Part shown: one piece after another, positions 21,234-36,501 of the stretch
How the letters are laid out: every line of letters starts with the position of its first letter
Position numbering within the stretch: position 1 is the first letter of the stretch
Source of the DNA: Balanoglossus misakiensis
Lineage: Eukaryota > Animalia > Hemichordata
Direction of reading: 5' to 3'
Length of the DNA stretch: 57,033 nucleotides
NCBI GenBank assembly: GCA_040954595.2
Contig: JBECUI020000055.1
Location: forward strand, 1-57,033
Notes under the pieces: generated by a model
Told to the model about the DNA's origin: nothing
Database searches by the model: none
Seen by the model: only the letters and a program-made list of their open reading frames with translations
Position numbers and translations under genes: made by a program

Positions 21234-23880
21234 ATGTTGCGTAGTAAACTGATGGTAGAAGGCCGTAGTTATGAGTATTACAGCATTAAGGACTACGCCG
21301 AAAAGGAAGCTCTTGATGTTTCTCATCTACCTTTTTCTTTAAGGATTCTTCTGGAAAATCTTATTCGTCATCGTGGAAACTCTCATGTCCCGGCCCAGGC
21401 GGTGAGAGATTTGGCTTCCTGGAGACCAGAGAACATTCCTGTTAGAGATATTGCCTACCATCCCGCCAGGGTGGTTATGCAGGACTTTACTGGAGTTCCG
21501 GCGGTTGTGGATCTGGCATCCATGCGGGATGCCCTGAACCAGGCAGGAGGTGACGGAAAAAAAATCAATCCTATTATTCCTGTGGATCTGGTCATAGACC
21601 ATTCGGTCATGGTAGATGCCTTTGGGGAGCTCCAATGCCTTCAGCCAGAATACCAAACGGGAGTTTGAGCGTAACCGTGAACGCTACCGTTTCCTCAAGT
21701 GGGGGCAGCAGTCATTCAAGAACTTCCGTGTCGTCCCCCCCGGTACGGGAATCATTCACCAGGTGAACTTGGAATATCTGGCCCAGGTGATCCAGTCCTC
21801 TCAAGAAGGGGAGCATTGGCTTGCCTATCCCGATACTCTTGTGGGTACCGACAGCCACACCACCATGGTCAACGGCCCTTGGAATTCTGGGTTGGGGAGT
21901 GGGGGGCATTGAGGCCGAAGCCGCCATGCTGGGACAGCCGGTAACCATGCTCATTCCCGAAGTTATAGGGGTTGAGTTAAGAGGCAAACTTGCCCCAGGG
22001 CTTACGGCTACGGATCTGGTGCTGGCAGTGGTCGAGAAGCTGAGGTCCTACGGTGTGGTTGGGAAGTTTGTGGAGTTCTTCGGTTCGGGTTTGGACCATC
22101 TTTCTTTGGCTGATAGAGCAACAATCTCCAACATGGCCCCAGAGTATGGAGCTACCTGTGGCATCTTCCCTATAGATAATGAGCTTCTTCTTTATCTTAG
22201 GCTCACAGGTCGGGAAGAATCTCATATTGCCTTGGTAGAAACCTACGCCAAGACCCAGGGCCTTTGGAGAGACGACGCCCATCCCGCCAGTTACAGCGAT
22301 GTTCTTGTTTTGGATATGGACAACGTGGTTCCCAGCATGGCAGGCCCCCGGCGTCCCCAAGATAAAGTGGAGGTGTCCAAGGTACCAGAAAACTTTCAAC
22401 AGGCTTTAAAAACTTATTATGGAGTGTCGGATACTGCCGTCGCCGTTCCGGTGGAGGGACGGGACTACAAGCTTAGCCACGGCGATGTTGCCATTGCCGC
22501 TATTACCAGCTGCACCAACACCTCCAATCCTGTGGTTCTTGTTACCGCAGGACTTCTGGCCAAAAAAGCCGTAGAAAAGGGACTGCGTTCCCGTCCCTGG
22601 GTAAAGACTTCTCTGGCACCGGGGAGTCAGGTGGTTACCGCCTATCTGGACAAAGCGGGCCTGAGCCCCTATCTGGAAGAGCTGGGTTTTTATCTGGTGG
22701 GTTACGGATGCACCACCTGCATAGGGAACTCCGGTCCTCTTCCTAAGGAAAACCGGGAGGCTATACTCAAGGGAAACTTGGTGACGGTCAATGTCTTATC
22801 GGGAAACCGCAACTTTGAAGGTAGAATAAGCCCGGACTCCAAGGCGAGCTATCTGGCATCTCCTCCCCTGGTTGTGGCCTACGCTCTGGTTGGAACGGTT
22901 CTAAAAGACCTTTTTAACGATTCCCTCGGCAACGATAAAGAAGGGAATCCTGTCTATCTGAAAGATCTCTGGCCACAGCCAGAAGAGGTGGAGGCTATTG
23001 TCAAAAGCTCCATAAGCTCCACGCTCTTCAAAGACAAATATCGCGATGTCTTCACCGGACCTAAGGAATGGCAGGAGCTAGAGGCTCCCCAGGGAGAATA
23101 CTATGACTGGGAAGAAAACAGCACCTACATTCGAAAAGCTCCCTTTTTTGAAGACTTTGCCAAGGGCAGATCCCAGACCTTTGAGAATCTTCGCTGCCTG
23201 GCCATTCTGCCTGACAGCACCACCACGGACCATATATCCCCTGCCGGCTCTATTCCTTCAAGCGGACCGGCGGGAACCTATCTCAGAGCCCAGGGGTGGA
23301 GCCCAGGGAGTTTAATTCCTTTGGAAGCCGCCGCGGCAATCACGAGGTAATGATGCGGGGTACTTTTGCGAACATCCGAATCAGAAATAAAATGCTTCCT
23401 GGTACAGAGGGTGGGCTAAGCAAGGCCCCTGACGGGAGCCAGAGCTCCATTTACGATGCCGCTATGGCTTGGAATGAAGCCAAGGTTCCCTTGCTGGTCA
23501 TTGCCGGTAAAGAATACGGTACCGGTTCCTCCAGGGACTGGGCTGCCAAGGGAACTTTGCTTTTAGGGGTAAAGGCTGTCTTAGCCGAGAGTTACGAGCG
23601 GATACACCGTTCCAATCTTATTGGAATGGGGGTGCTCCCCTTGGAGTTTTCTCCAGGAGAATCAGCCGAATCTCTGAGCCTTAAGGGCGATGAATCTTTT
23701 ACTTTGCACGGAATTGATGCCCTGAGTCCCCGGAAAAAGCTTAAAATGACTGTAAGAAGAATGGATGGGTCGGACTTGGAAGTGCTCACTCTAGTCCGGA
23801 TTGACACAGCGAATGAACTTAATTACTGGAAAAGTGGTGGAATTCTCTCTTATGTGCTAAGAAAACTTGGGAATCGCTGA
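21234..23880 (+). CDS. acnA: Aconitate hydratase A, 3 frameshifts
   Basis: [55 protein letters not shown] and [10 protein letters not shown] across four overlapping ORFs. Confidence 0.95.
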
Positions 23881-23922
23881 CTGCCGGGCAACTGCGGTTT
23901 GCTTTTCAGAATGGAGTATTGA

Positions 23923-25655
23923 ATGCAGTACGAATATGATGTGATTATCGTAGGGGCTGGAGGCGCTGGTCTATATGCGGCTTTGGAAGCAAGTAAAACG
24001 GCTAAAACAGCCGTAATAACCAAGCTCTACCCTCAGCGGAGCCATACTGGTGCCGCTCAGGGAGGCATCGGAGCTGCCCTGGGAAACCTCGAAGAAGACA
24101 AGGCTGAATGGCATGCCTTCGATACGGTAAAGGGTGGTGATTACTTGGTGGACCAAAATGCAGCGGTAATCCTGGCCGAAGAAGCCATTAAGGCTGTGTA
24201 CGACCTGGAAAACCGAGGGCTTCCCTTCTCTCGTACCTCCGAGGGCAAGATTGACCAACGGCGTTTTGGCGGTCATACCAGAGAATTCGGCGTAAGTCCG
24301 GTTCGAAGATCTTGCTACGCTGCAGACCGTACAGGGCATATGATTCTCCAGACCCTCTATCAGCAATGCATCAAGAACGAAGTAACGTTTTATAATGAAT
24401 ACCATGTGGTGGATGTCTTAATGGAAGACTCCCGCATAGGGGGGTTGGTGGTATTAGAACTCCGTAGCGGTGAGATTCATATTTTCACAGCCAAGGCGGC
24501 CGTGCTCTTTGCCACAGGAGGTTTTGGAAGACTGTTCCAGGTAACGTCCCAATGCCATTGCCAACACTGGAGACGGACCAGCTCTGGTTTCCCGGTGGGA
24601 GTGCCCCTCATGGATATGGAATTTTTCCAGTTCCATCCCACAGGCATTCGGGGCATGGGTATCTTGATTACCGAAGGGGTTCGGGGAGAAGGGGGAATCC
24701 TTCTAAACCGCAACGGAGAGCGTTTTATGAAGCGCTACACCCCCACCCTCCTGGATTTAGCTCCACGAGACATGGTCAGCCGGGCAATCATGACTGAAAT
24801 TGCCGAGGGCCGTGGTGTAAAAGGAGACAGGAACATCGATGATTGGGTCTATCTGGATGCGAGCTTTCTTGGCGCAAAAGTTGTCGAAACAAAAATCCTG
24901 ATATTGCAGATTTCCTGCCGCACCTATTTAGGAATAGACCCTGCCAAGGAACCCATGCCTGTCCAGCCGACGGCCCATTACGCTATGGGGGGTATACCCA
25001 CCAACGTCAACGGTCAGGTAACCGATGGCAAAACCACCTGGGAAGGGCTGTATGCCGCTGGGGAATGTGCCTGCGTTTCGGTACATGGAGCCAACCGTCT
25101 GGGCACCAACAGCCTAGTGGAACTCATAGTTTTTGGCCGTAGGCTGGCCAAAACTTGGCCAACTATGTCAGCCATAGCGACAAACCCATGATTTCTGGTA
25201 AAGATAAAGCCAAGGCATGGACGGAGCGTCTTGCCAAGCTCAAGCAACATCAAGGCCCCCACCCCGGCAGTGCCTACAAAGCCATGAAGGAAACCATGAT
25301 GAGAAACGTAGGAGTCTACCGGAATGCCGAAGATATGAAAAAGGCTGTGGCTGATATACAAAATTTGAGAAATTCTTACAGTGAGATTGCTGTACAGGAC
25401 AATGAAAAAAACTTCAACACGGAACTTCTTGCCCTTCTTGAGCTGGAGAACTTGCAGGAGCTCGCTCTCCACACGGCGGCGGCAGCTCTGAACCGCACTG
25501 AAAGTCGTGGGGCCCATTCCCGGGAAGACTATCCAGAAAGGAACGACAAAGAGTGGCTCAAGCATAGCTTGACCAGAATAGAAGACGGCAATGTAAAAAT
25601 TGATTACAAATCTGTCGATCTTAGCCATTGGGCTCCCAAGCCCCGATCCTACTAG
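23923..25655 (+). CDS. sdhA: Succinate dehydrogenase/fumarate reductase flavoprotein, frameshifted
   Basis: GAGGAG, RSHTGAAQGG (covalent FAD His), QFHPTG, EGVRGEGG, HYAMGG, SVHGANRLG and ESRGAH. Confidence 0.93.
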
Positions 25656-25663
25656 GAGTTGTT

Positions 25664-26372
25664 ATGAAAGTCACCTTGGAAATCCAAAGGTTTGTCCCAG
25701 GTAGTGATACAGAACCCCGGTTTGAGTGTTACGATGTCACTGTAGAGCCCACCGATAGGGTCTTGGATGCTCTTATTTATATTTCTCGTCATGTAGATGG
25801 CACCTTGGGTTTCCGCAAGAGCTGTGCCCATGGAGTATGCGGGTCTGATGCCATGCGGATTGCAGGGAAGGAACGCCTGGCCTGTAAAACCCTTTTCCAG
25901 GATCTTACAGAAAAAGACGGTGATACGATTCGAATTGAACCTCTCCGCCACATGCCGATTCAACGGGATCTTATGGTGGACCAGGAAACCTTCTTATCCC
26001 AGTTCCGTAAGGTAAAACCTTTTTTCATTCCCAGCGAGGCTCCCCCGAAAGACAGGGAGTTCCTACAATCAGCCGAAGACCGTGAGTTCTTTGACGATGC
26101 CACCAAATGTATTAGCTGTGCTGCCTGCTATTCCGCCTGTCCCGTGTTGGAAAACAACCCCGACTTTTTGGGTCCAACCGCCCTGGTTCATGCTGCTCGG
26201 TTCATTTTTGATAGCCGGGATAAGGGTCTCTCAGAGCGCTTGGTTATTCTGGACCAGCCTAACGGTGTGTGGGCCTGTGATAACCATTTTGAATGTACCC
26301 GAGTTTTGTCCCCGGGAAATAAAAATCACCAAATTGATCAATCAGACAAAACGTACAATTACTAAAGTTTAA
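25664..26372 (+). CDS. sdhB: Succinate dehydrogenase iron-sulfur subunit
   Basis: SCAHGVCGSD...LAC, CISCAACYSACP, CDNHFEC...CP; frameshift near the 3' end. Confidence 0.92.
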
Positions 26373-26387
26373 GGAAAGTGCAAAATC

Positions 26388-27523
26388 GTGAAAATTCATG
26401 AATATCAGGCAAAGAAGCTCTTTGCTCAATACGGACTTCCCACTGATCGCTATATCCTGGCGAAAACCCCTGAGGAGGCGGAGCGTGCAGCTCGTGAGAT
26501 TGGGGGTAGGGTAGTTATCAAAGCCCAGGTTCTTGTGGGAGGACGAGGCAAGGCAGGAGGGGTAAAAGTAGCCGAAAATCCTGTTGAAGCAAGGACTAAA
26601 GCCAAAGAAATTCTGGCCTTGACCATTAAGGATATTCCAGTTGAAAAGGTGATTGTTGCCGAGGCGGCTGCTATAGAAAAGGAATATTACCTGGGTCTGG
26701 TCTTGGACCGTTCCTATCAAGGGATTACCTTGATGGCCACTGCTGAAGGAGGCGTGAGATTGAAGAACTCGCCTCAGAGAGCCCTGAAGCCATTGTAAAG
26801 ACAACCATTTTTCCCCCACAGCCCTTAGACGAGGAGGCTCTGGGGAAGCTCTGGGGTAACATTTTCCCTGATCAGGTATTAAGAATGCAGGCCATAGAGG
26901 CGGCAAAGAAGCTTGTAAAGCTTTTTATTGAAACCGATGCCTCCCTAGCCGAAATTAACCCCTACGCCCTTGTGGGAGGTAATTTAATAGCTTTGGATGC
27001 CAAGATCAATTTTGACGACAATGCCATGTTCAGACATCCTTCTTTAGAACAGATGAGAAATCCCGAAGAATACAGCCTTGACGAAGCGGAGGCCATGGAG
27101 AAAAACCTGAGCTTTGTCAGTTTGGATGGAGACATAGGCTGTATTGTTAACGGTGCCGGGCTGGCCATGGCCACACTGGACTTGGTCAAATATTTTGGGG
27201 GCCAGCCTGCCAATTTTCTTGATGTGGGAGGCAGCTCCAATCCTGAAAAAGTCTATAATGCGCTCAATATTATTTTACGTAACCCCAAGGTAAAAGCGGT
27301 GCTGATTAATATTTTTGGTGGAATCACTCGCTGTGACGACATTGCCAAGGGTCTGCTTATTGCTCAGGAGCGTCTGACTTTGAATGTTGCTCTGGTAATT
27401 CGGCTGGTGGGAACCAATCAAAAAGAAGGACGGGCCATCCTGGAAAAGGCTGGTCTCCGTGTTGGTGACAATCTCAACGATGCGGTTAAATCTGTAATCG
27501 CTGCGGCAAAGGGGACACAATGA
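26388..27523 (+). CDS. sucC: Succinyl-CoA synthetase beta subunit, frameshifted
   Basis: [43 protein letters not shown] and [10 protein letters not shown]. Confidence 0.95.
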
Positions 27524-28399
27524 GCATTCTTATAGATGAAAACACCAAGGTTATTGTTCAGGGGATTACTGGCCGAGACGGTTCCTTCCATGCTCAACGG
27601 ATGCAGGTCGATGGCACCAAGGTTGTGGGGGGGTGTCACCCCTGGGAAGGGTGGACATCAGGTAGGGAGCATTCCTGTTTACGATTCTGTTGCTGCGCTC
27701 CAGAAAGATCACAAGGTTGATGCCTCAGTCATTTTTTGTTCCTGCCAGGTTTGCCTCGGATGCCATTGATGAAGCCTCTCAGGGCGGGGATACCCCTGAT
27801 TATTTGTATTACCGAAGGGGTCCCGGTTCTTGATATGGTGAAAATCTATCACCATATCCGCAAAGAATCCCAAATTCTTATTGGTCCCAACTGTCCCCGG
27901 GCTCATCTCTCCAGGCAAATGTAAAATCGGCATTATGCCCCTGCCTATACACAAACCCGGACGGGTGGGAGTTATCAGCCGGTCAGGCACCCTGACCTAC
28001 GAGGTCGTCAACGCCCTGACCCAGGCGGGTATAGGCCAGTCCACCTGCATAGGCATTGGGGGAGACCCCATCATCGGCACGGGTTTTACAGATCTCTTAG
28101 AGCGCTTTGAAGCTGATGAAGGCACCGATGCTGTGGTTATCATAGGAGAAATCGGAGGAAACGCCGAAGAAGAGGCTGCAGAATTTGTCAAGGAGAAGAT
28201 GAGCAAGTCCGTAATAGCCTTTACTCTGGACGCTCTGCTCCCGAAGGAAAGCGAATGGGACATGCCGGGGGGCCATCATCTCCGGTGGACAGGGAACGCC
28301 TCAGGCCAAAATGGAGGCCATGAAACAGGCAGGAATTCCGGTGGCAAGAACCCCGGCGGACATTCCTGGCCTTGTGCAGGAAAGTTTGAGGAAAAATAA
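27520..28399 (+). CDS. sucD: Succinyl-CoA synthetase alpha subunit, frameshifted (3' end approximate)
   Basis: [38 protein letters not shown] and IGEIGG. Confidence 0.94.
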
Positions 28400-28410
28400 G
28401 GAAACAGGGT

Positions 28411-31176
28411 GTGAATAGAGAGATATGGGGATCAGGGAATACCGATTACCTGGAGGAACTCTACAGTGACTGGCAGCAAGGAGACGGCAAAGTAAATGGG
28501 GACTGGAAAGACCCCTTTACGGAAATTTCTTCTCCTACCTTCCAAGAGCCTGAGCTAGCCCTCCTCCCACTCAAAGGCGACAAGCAGCAATCTGTGAACC
28601 GGCTCATTACGGCCTACCGGGAACTCGGGCATCTGTATGCCCGAGTAAATCCTCTGGGCGAGTACATGCCCTCCAATCTGCGTTATGCCTGGTTACCCAG
28701 CACGGAGTCGAAGATGAACTGATCCCTTCTCGTTTTGGTCTGAGCGAAGAAGATATGGATCATAGTTTTGAGGGAAGTTGCTGCTCCAAGCCACAGGCCA
28801 CCCTCCGGGAAATTATCACGCAGCTCCAGAGAGTCTACACCGGCCCTCTGGCGGCAGAATTTTCCCATATTCGTAACCGTCCCATGCGGCGTTGGATTAT
28901 CCAGCAACTGGAAGCACCATTGAGCCCAAGTCTCCAGAATCCTGGGAAACGGCGGAGCTGGCAGGAGAATCTTATCCGGGCCAAGGAATTTGAATCCTTT
29001 ATTCATTCTCGCTTCACCGGACAAAAGCGCTTTAGCCTGGAAGGTGTCGAAGCCCTGATCTCAAGCCTACGCTACCTTTTTTTCGAATCCCCGCAACGAG
29101 GAATTAAGGAAATCGTTATGGGCATGGCCCACCGAGGCCGTCTCAACGTTCTGAGCAATGCCATGGGCAAGCCTCATTCTGAAATTTTTGCTATCTTTAA
29201 TGGCTGTTACAGCCCTCATTCCTACGGTGGCAGTGGAGACGTTAAATACCATATGGGGCAGAGTGCCGATATAGAGTTTGGGGGGAAAAAACTTCACATC
29301 AGCCTGGTCTCCAATCCCAGCCATCTAGAAGCGGTGGACCCGGTCGTGCAGGGCAAGGCCAGGGGAATACAGCGGCTCAAGGGAGATAGGAACCGTAAGA
29401 AAGTCCTACCGCTTCTCATTCATGGAGATGCGGCCTTTTCTGGACAGGGAATTGTGGCGGAAACCTTAAATATGTCCCAACTCCGGGGCTACAAAACGGG
29501 GGGACCATTCATGTCATAGTGAATAACCAAATAGGTTTTACCACAGCTAGTACGGATTCCCGCTCCACTTTCTTTGCCACAGACATAGCCAAAATCATGC
29601 CCATACCCATATTTCATGCCAACGGAGACGACCCCGATGCTGTAATGAAGGCCATGGAATTAGCCCTACGCTGGCGTCAGAAGTTTGGTCAGGACGTGGT
29701 GGTAGACATAATAGGATACCGGAAACAAGGGCATAATGAGGCCGATGAGCCTTCCTTTACCCATCCCATTATGTATAACCTGATCAAGAAACACGAAAGT
29801 GTCGACATCCTCTACAGCCGTCGGCTGGCCGAAGAGGGTGTCTACCCTGCGGCCGAGCAGGAGGCTTTTCGTAAAAAATACATTAAAAAACTGGAAGACT
29901 CCCTTGCCGAAGCCAAGCAAATGACAAGTTACCATGGTTTTGTAACCCTCAAAGGAGGGTGGTCCACGGTAAAAAGAGGCTTTTCTTTTTGATTATCCCT
30001 CAACTGGTGTTCCTGAAGACCGGCTCATCGAGATAAGCAAAAAACTCCTGCATGTTCCTCAAGGTTTTACCATTCACAGCAAGTTGCGCCGTTTTATCTC
30101 TGGTAGAGAAAAGGTTCTTGAAAGTGGGGGTGGAATAGATTGGTCTCTGGCCGAATCTCTGGCCTTTGGGAGTCTACTTCTGGAGGGTAGATCGGTAAGG
30201 CTTAGCGGAGAAGACTGTGGTAGGGGAACCTTCAGTCAGCGCCATGCTGTCTGGTGGGACGTGTCGAGTAAAGATCCCAGGGAATACATTCCTCTTCAGA
30301 AACTTTCCAAAGATCAGGCTCGCTTCAGTGTTTACGACAGCCCTCTTTCTGAATTTTCAATTCTGGGCTTTGAGTATGGTTACTCTCTTGTTCAACCGGA
30401 GATCTTGGTGCTCTGGGAGGCACAGTTTGGAGACTTTGTGAACGAGGGCCAGGTGATTATTGATCAGTTTCATTAGCGCCGGAGAAAGCAAATGGGCTCG
30501 TCACAGCGGTTTGGTCATGCTCCTGCCCCATGCCTACGAAGGGCAGGGCTCTGAACATTCCAGTGCCTATCTGGAACGATTCCTTTCTCTCTGTGCCGAA
30601 GATAACATTCAGGTTGCCAATTTAACTACCCCGGCCCAGTATTTTCATCTTCTGCGAAAACAGCTTCATCAGGCTTTTAGAAAACCTCTCATACTCATGA
30701 CACCTAAAAGCCTTCTGAGGAATCCCCAGGCCCGATCCTCCATGGCAGAAATGACTCAGGGGAAAGTTTCGGAATGTCTTGGATGATCCTGAGCCCCCTT
30801 CTCGAGTTCGACGAGTGGTTCTGTGCAGCGGTCATGTCTACTACGACTTGAAAACCTTTAGGGAAGAAAGTGACGAAACCGTTCTTCTCCGTTTGGAACA
30901 GTACTACCCCTTCCCTGAAGAAGATTTAAAAAAGCTTCTTTCCCGTTATGCCAAGGCTGAAACTTTTATCTGGGCCCAGGAAGAGCCAAAGAACCGGGAC
31001 CATGGAGTTTCCTGGAGCCTCGGCTTCAGAAGATTATCCCAAAGAATTGGGTCTATGCAGGCCGTCCTCCCTCAGCAAGTCCTGCTACGGGTTCCCAAGA
31101 AAAGCATGAGCAAGAGTTGGCTGAGCTTCTGGATGTGGCAATGAGCCGCCGAAACTCCCTAAAGGAGCAGCAATGA
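28411..31176 (+). CDS. sucA: 2-oxoglutarate dehydrogenase E1, multiple frameshifts
   Basis: [58 protein letters not shown] and WAQEEPKN. Confidence 0.93.
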
Positions 31177-32388
31177 AAGTGGAAATCAAGATTCCCAAAG
31201 TTGGGGAATCCATAGTCGAAGGTTTTCTGGCCACTTGGAACTTCGCTGATGGCAGTGGTGTTAGCGAAGGGGCAGCCCATTTTGAACTGGAAACAGACAA
31301 AACCACTTTGGAAGTGTCTGCTCCTGCCAGAGGCCGGTTGATTATTGAAGTTCCCGCCCAGACAGATGTCCGTATAGGCCAGGTAGTAGGCTACATCGAC
31401 ACCGAAGCGCTGGTGAAGCTGTCTCTGAAGGAGAAGCTCCCCCCCCGCCGGCCTCCAAGCTCCCCCAGCGGCCCCCCAAGCTCCCTCGGCGGCCCCCCCT
31501 TCGGCTCCGTCAAGCCCGCCTCCTACTCCATCGGCGCTCTTGCAGGCAAGGCTGAGGAGACTGGATCTCACAAGCATTGCCGGCACTGGCAAGGGTGGGC
31601 GAGTAAGCAAGGCCGACCTGCCCGACGCCGTTTCCAAGGTTCCAAAGCTAGCCCCCCGCAGCCAGAGCGCATTCCTTTTTCCACCGAATCAGAGCGGCGG
31701 GAGCCTTTGAGCCGCATCCGCAAGAAGATTGCCGAGAATCTTAGCCTGACTAAAAACAGCATGGTTCTTCTGAGCACCTTTAACGAGGTGGACATGAGCC
31801 GGATAAAGACCCTGCGGGCTTCAATATAAAAATGAATTTGCTGAACGCCATGGCACAAAACTGGGCTTCATGAGTTTTTTCCTTAAAGCCAGTACTACGG
31901 CCTTAAGGGCTTATCCCGCCATTAATGCCTACATCGATGGAGATCAGGTAGTTTACCGCGACCATGTCCACATCAGTGTGGCCGTGAGCACCCCTAAAGG
32001 ACTCATTACTCCCGTTCTACGCTTTGTGGATCAAAAAACCTTTGCCGCCATAGAACATGAGATAATCGGATTTTCCAAGCGAGCTATAGAAAAGAAACTC
32101 GGACCCGACGAGCTCACCGGCGGCACTTTTACAATTACCAACGGAGGAGTGTTTGGAAGCCTTCTCTCTACGCCCCTGCCAAGTCCCAAGCAATCGGCTA
32201 TTCTTGGCATGCACAGCATTCAGGATCGTCCTGTAGCTATAAAAGGAGAGGTAACAATCCGTCCTATGATGTACCTTGCCCTCAGTTACGATCACCGCCT
32301 GGTGGACGGCCGGGAAGCCGTTGGCTTCTTAAAAACCATCAAACAAACTATTGAGGAACCCGAGAGGCTCCTTTTGGATTTGGCATAA
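31173..32388 (+). CDS. sucB: Dihydrolipoamide succinyltransferase E2, frameshifted
   Basis: Lipoyl motif ETDKT, Pro/Ala linker, [12 protein letters not shown] and [10 protein letters not shown]. Confidence 0.93.
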
Positions 32389-33796
<1,408 letters not shown>

Positions 33797-33829
33797 ATTT
33801 AGAGAACTTTCTTTCTCGAATTCAGAAAG

Positions 33830-33865
33830 AACTGATAGTAGTTATGTAACTGATAGTAGTTGTGT
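33830..33865. repeat. 18-bp tandem duplication upstream of gltA
   Basis: AACTGATAGTAGTTATGT followed by AACTGATAGTAGTTGTGT. Confidence 0.6.
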
Positions 33866-33897
33866 AGTAATATTAAAAAAAGGAGTTAAGAAATAAA

Positions 33898-35042
33898 ATG
33901 ACGGACGTTACTTATTCGAAAGGACTTGAGGGAGTTATTGCCGCCGAAAGTAAGATATGTAAGGTAGACGGTGAGGGCGGACAACTTTATTACTATGGTT
34001 ATCCCATTACAGAACTTGCCGAGAAAACAAGTTTTGAAGAAACCACCTATCTCCTGCTTTATGGAGAACTTCCGACGGAAAAGCAACTTTCTGCTTTTTC
34101 AACGTCGATGCGCCAGCAGCGCGACCTTCCAGAACCCATTTTTCAGATGATCAAAAATTTTCCTCAGGGTTCCCATCCTATGGAACTTTTACAATCAGCC
34201 ATTAACTTTCTTTCAGGATACATCGAGCATAGGATTGAGCATTCCCCTACCTGCAATTGTCGTCAGACTCTTCATCAGATCAGTCAGCTTCCTTCGATAA
34301 TTGCGGCGTTTCATAGATTACTCAACAAACTGGAATACGTTCCCCCTCGGGAAAGACCTTTCGCATGGAGCCAACTTTCTCTGGATGCTTACCGGCAAGG
34401 AGCCAGGTACCGATGAAGGTAGAATTATGGATCAGTGTCTCACTCTTCACGCTGAACATAGTTTCAACGCTTCTACCTTTACCGCCCGGTTGTTGCCTCC
34501 ACTCTCTCAACCTGTTACTGCAGTGTCTCTGCTGCTATTGGGGCACTCTACGGTTCCCTCCATGGTGGAGCCAACGAGAAGGTTCTGGCTATGATTGAGG
34601 AGATTGGAAGTGTCAAGAACGTTCGCCCTTGGATAGAAAAAACCCTAAACGAAAAAAAGAAAGTTATGGGAATGGGACACCGGGTCTACAAGGCTAAGGA
34701 TCCTCGTGCCGTTATTATGGAAAATTTTTTGGCATACCTCTCTGAGAAGAAAGGTGATAGCCACATATGGAAATTCTTAAGGAAGTTGAAAAGGTATTCC
34801 GTGAAAAGATTGAAGAAAAGGGAAAACCGATCTATCCCAATGTTGACTTCTTCTCTGGAGCGGTCTACGCACTTTTGGGTGTCCCGAGCAATCTTTTTAC
34901 GCCGATTTTTGCCATGGCCCGGGTTTCCGGATGGCTGGCTCATATTCTGGAGCAGCGTTTCGATAACAGGCTCTTCCGCCCCAAGGCTTTGTATGTTGGC
35001 GAAATAGGGAAAACTGTTTCTCCCATAGCTTCCAGAGGTTAG
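33898..35042 (+). CDS. gltA: Citrate synthase, frameshifted
   Basis: [27 protein letters not shown] (in DNA at about 34561), [17 protein letters not shown] and FAMARVSGW. Confidence 0.93.
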
Positions 35043-35046
35043 AGAA

Positions 35047-36434
35047 TTGGACAAAAAAGAAACAAGAATCGAACGGGATTCTATGGGAGAAGTCCGTCTC
35101 CCTGTTGACTGTTGGTGGGGAGCCCAGACTCAACGAGCTATAGAAAACTTTGGTACCGAGCCTTTGCTATGCCCCAACGCTTTATAAGTGCCTTGGCGCT
35201 TATAAAGCGTTCTGCCGCCCTGGCAAACAAAGAACTCAGCATTATCGGAAAAAAAGAAGCCGATGCTATTGCTGCTGCAGCTGACAGGGTTATCCAAGGG
35301 GACTTGGACAAGCAGTTCCCCATCAATGTTTTTCAAACAGGTAGTGCCACAAGCTCCAACATGAACATGAATGAGGTCTTGGCCAACCTGGCCAATGTTG
35401 CTCTGGGAAGCGAAAGAGGGACCCGAAGCCCCGTACATCCTAACGATCATGTCAACCGTGGGCAGTCTTCTAACGATGTGATCCCCACAGCTTTGCACAT
35501 TGCCAATCGCCAGGCTGCAGGGATACTTCTGGAAGACCTAGGGATTCTGGAAGAGGCCTTCCACACCAAAACACGAGAATTTTCAACAATCTTAAAACTG
35601 GGGCGGACCCATCTGCAAGATGCCGTGCCCATGACTTTAGGACAGGAATTTTCTGCCTTTAGGGAACAGATTAAAAAAGGACGGGAACGGCTGCGCTCTA
35701 CCTTTGGGCGACTTGAGGAGCTGGCCCCTAGGGGGGACGGCCATAGGAAGTGGTTTAAACTGTCCCCGGGTCTGAAAAAACCATTGCTTCTATCTGTGAC
35801 TACACGGGGATTCCTTTTAAAGCTGCTGAAAATCGCTTTGAGGCCATTGCCAACCGTGATGCCCAGGTGGAACTTATGGGGACATTAAACACCGTGGCTG
35901 GCTCCCTTATGAAGATTGCCAATGACCTAAGGCTTCTCTCTTCTGGGCCGCGGGGAGGCTTGGGCGAAATTGAACTTCCTGCCCTGCAGCCAGGCAGTTC
36001 AATCATGCCCGGCAAGGTAAACCCCGTCATACCGGAAATGGTCATTCAGGCAGCCGCCTTTGTTCAAGGGCAGGCTCTGGCGGTTACCCTGGGAGGGCAG
36101 AACGGTCCCTTGCAGCTCAATATGATGCATCCCCTAATTGCATGGAGCAGCTTAACATCTCTTTCACTTCTTTCGCATGTCAGTCTGACCTTAGCCAGGC
36201 GTTGCGTTCTGGGCATCACTGCCAATAAAGAAGTGGCCGAGGGGCACATAGGAAAAAAGTCTGGCGCTTGTAACCCCCCTGGCCACCCGAATTGGTTATG
36301 ACAAGGCGGCAGAGTTGGCCCATGAAGCCTATACTACGGGAAAAACCATCCGGGAAGTGGTTCTTGCCAGTCAGCTCTTGCCTGAAGACGAAGTAGAAAC
36401 GTTTTTGGATCCTCGGCAGATGATCAAAGAATAG
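35047..36434 (+). CDS. fumC: Class II fumarate hydratase, frameshifted
   Basis: [43 protein letters not shown] and signature [11 protein letters not shown]; aspartase not fully excluded, but the context favours fumC. Confidence 0.87.
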
Positions 36435-36501
36435 GAAAATTCACCAGTATCCTGATTGAAATATCAGCGACTCCGAGTTTACAATCGGAAGTGGAGGTTC
36501 T

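Noticed and set aside
31435-31510. C-rich repeats in sucB as another copy of the GLUG hairpin
   Set aside because: They coincide with the normal Pro/Ala-rich E2 linker.
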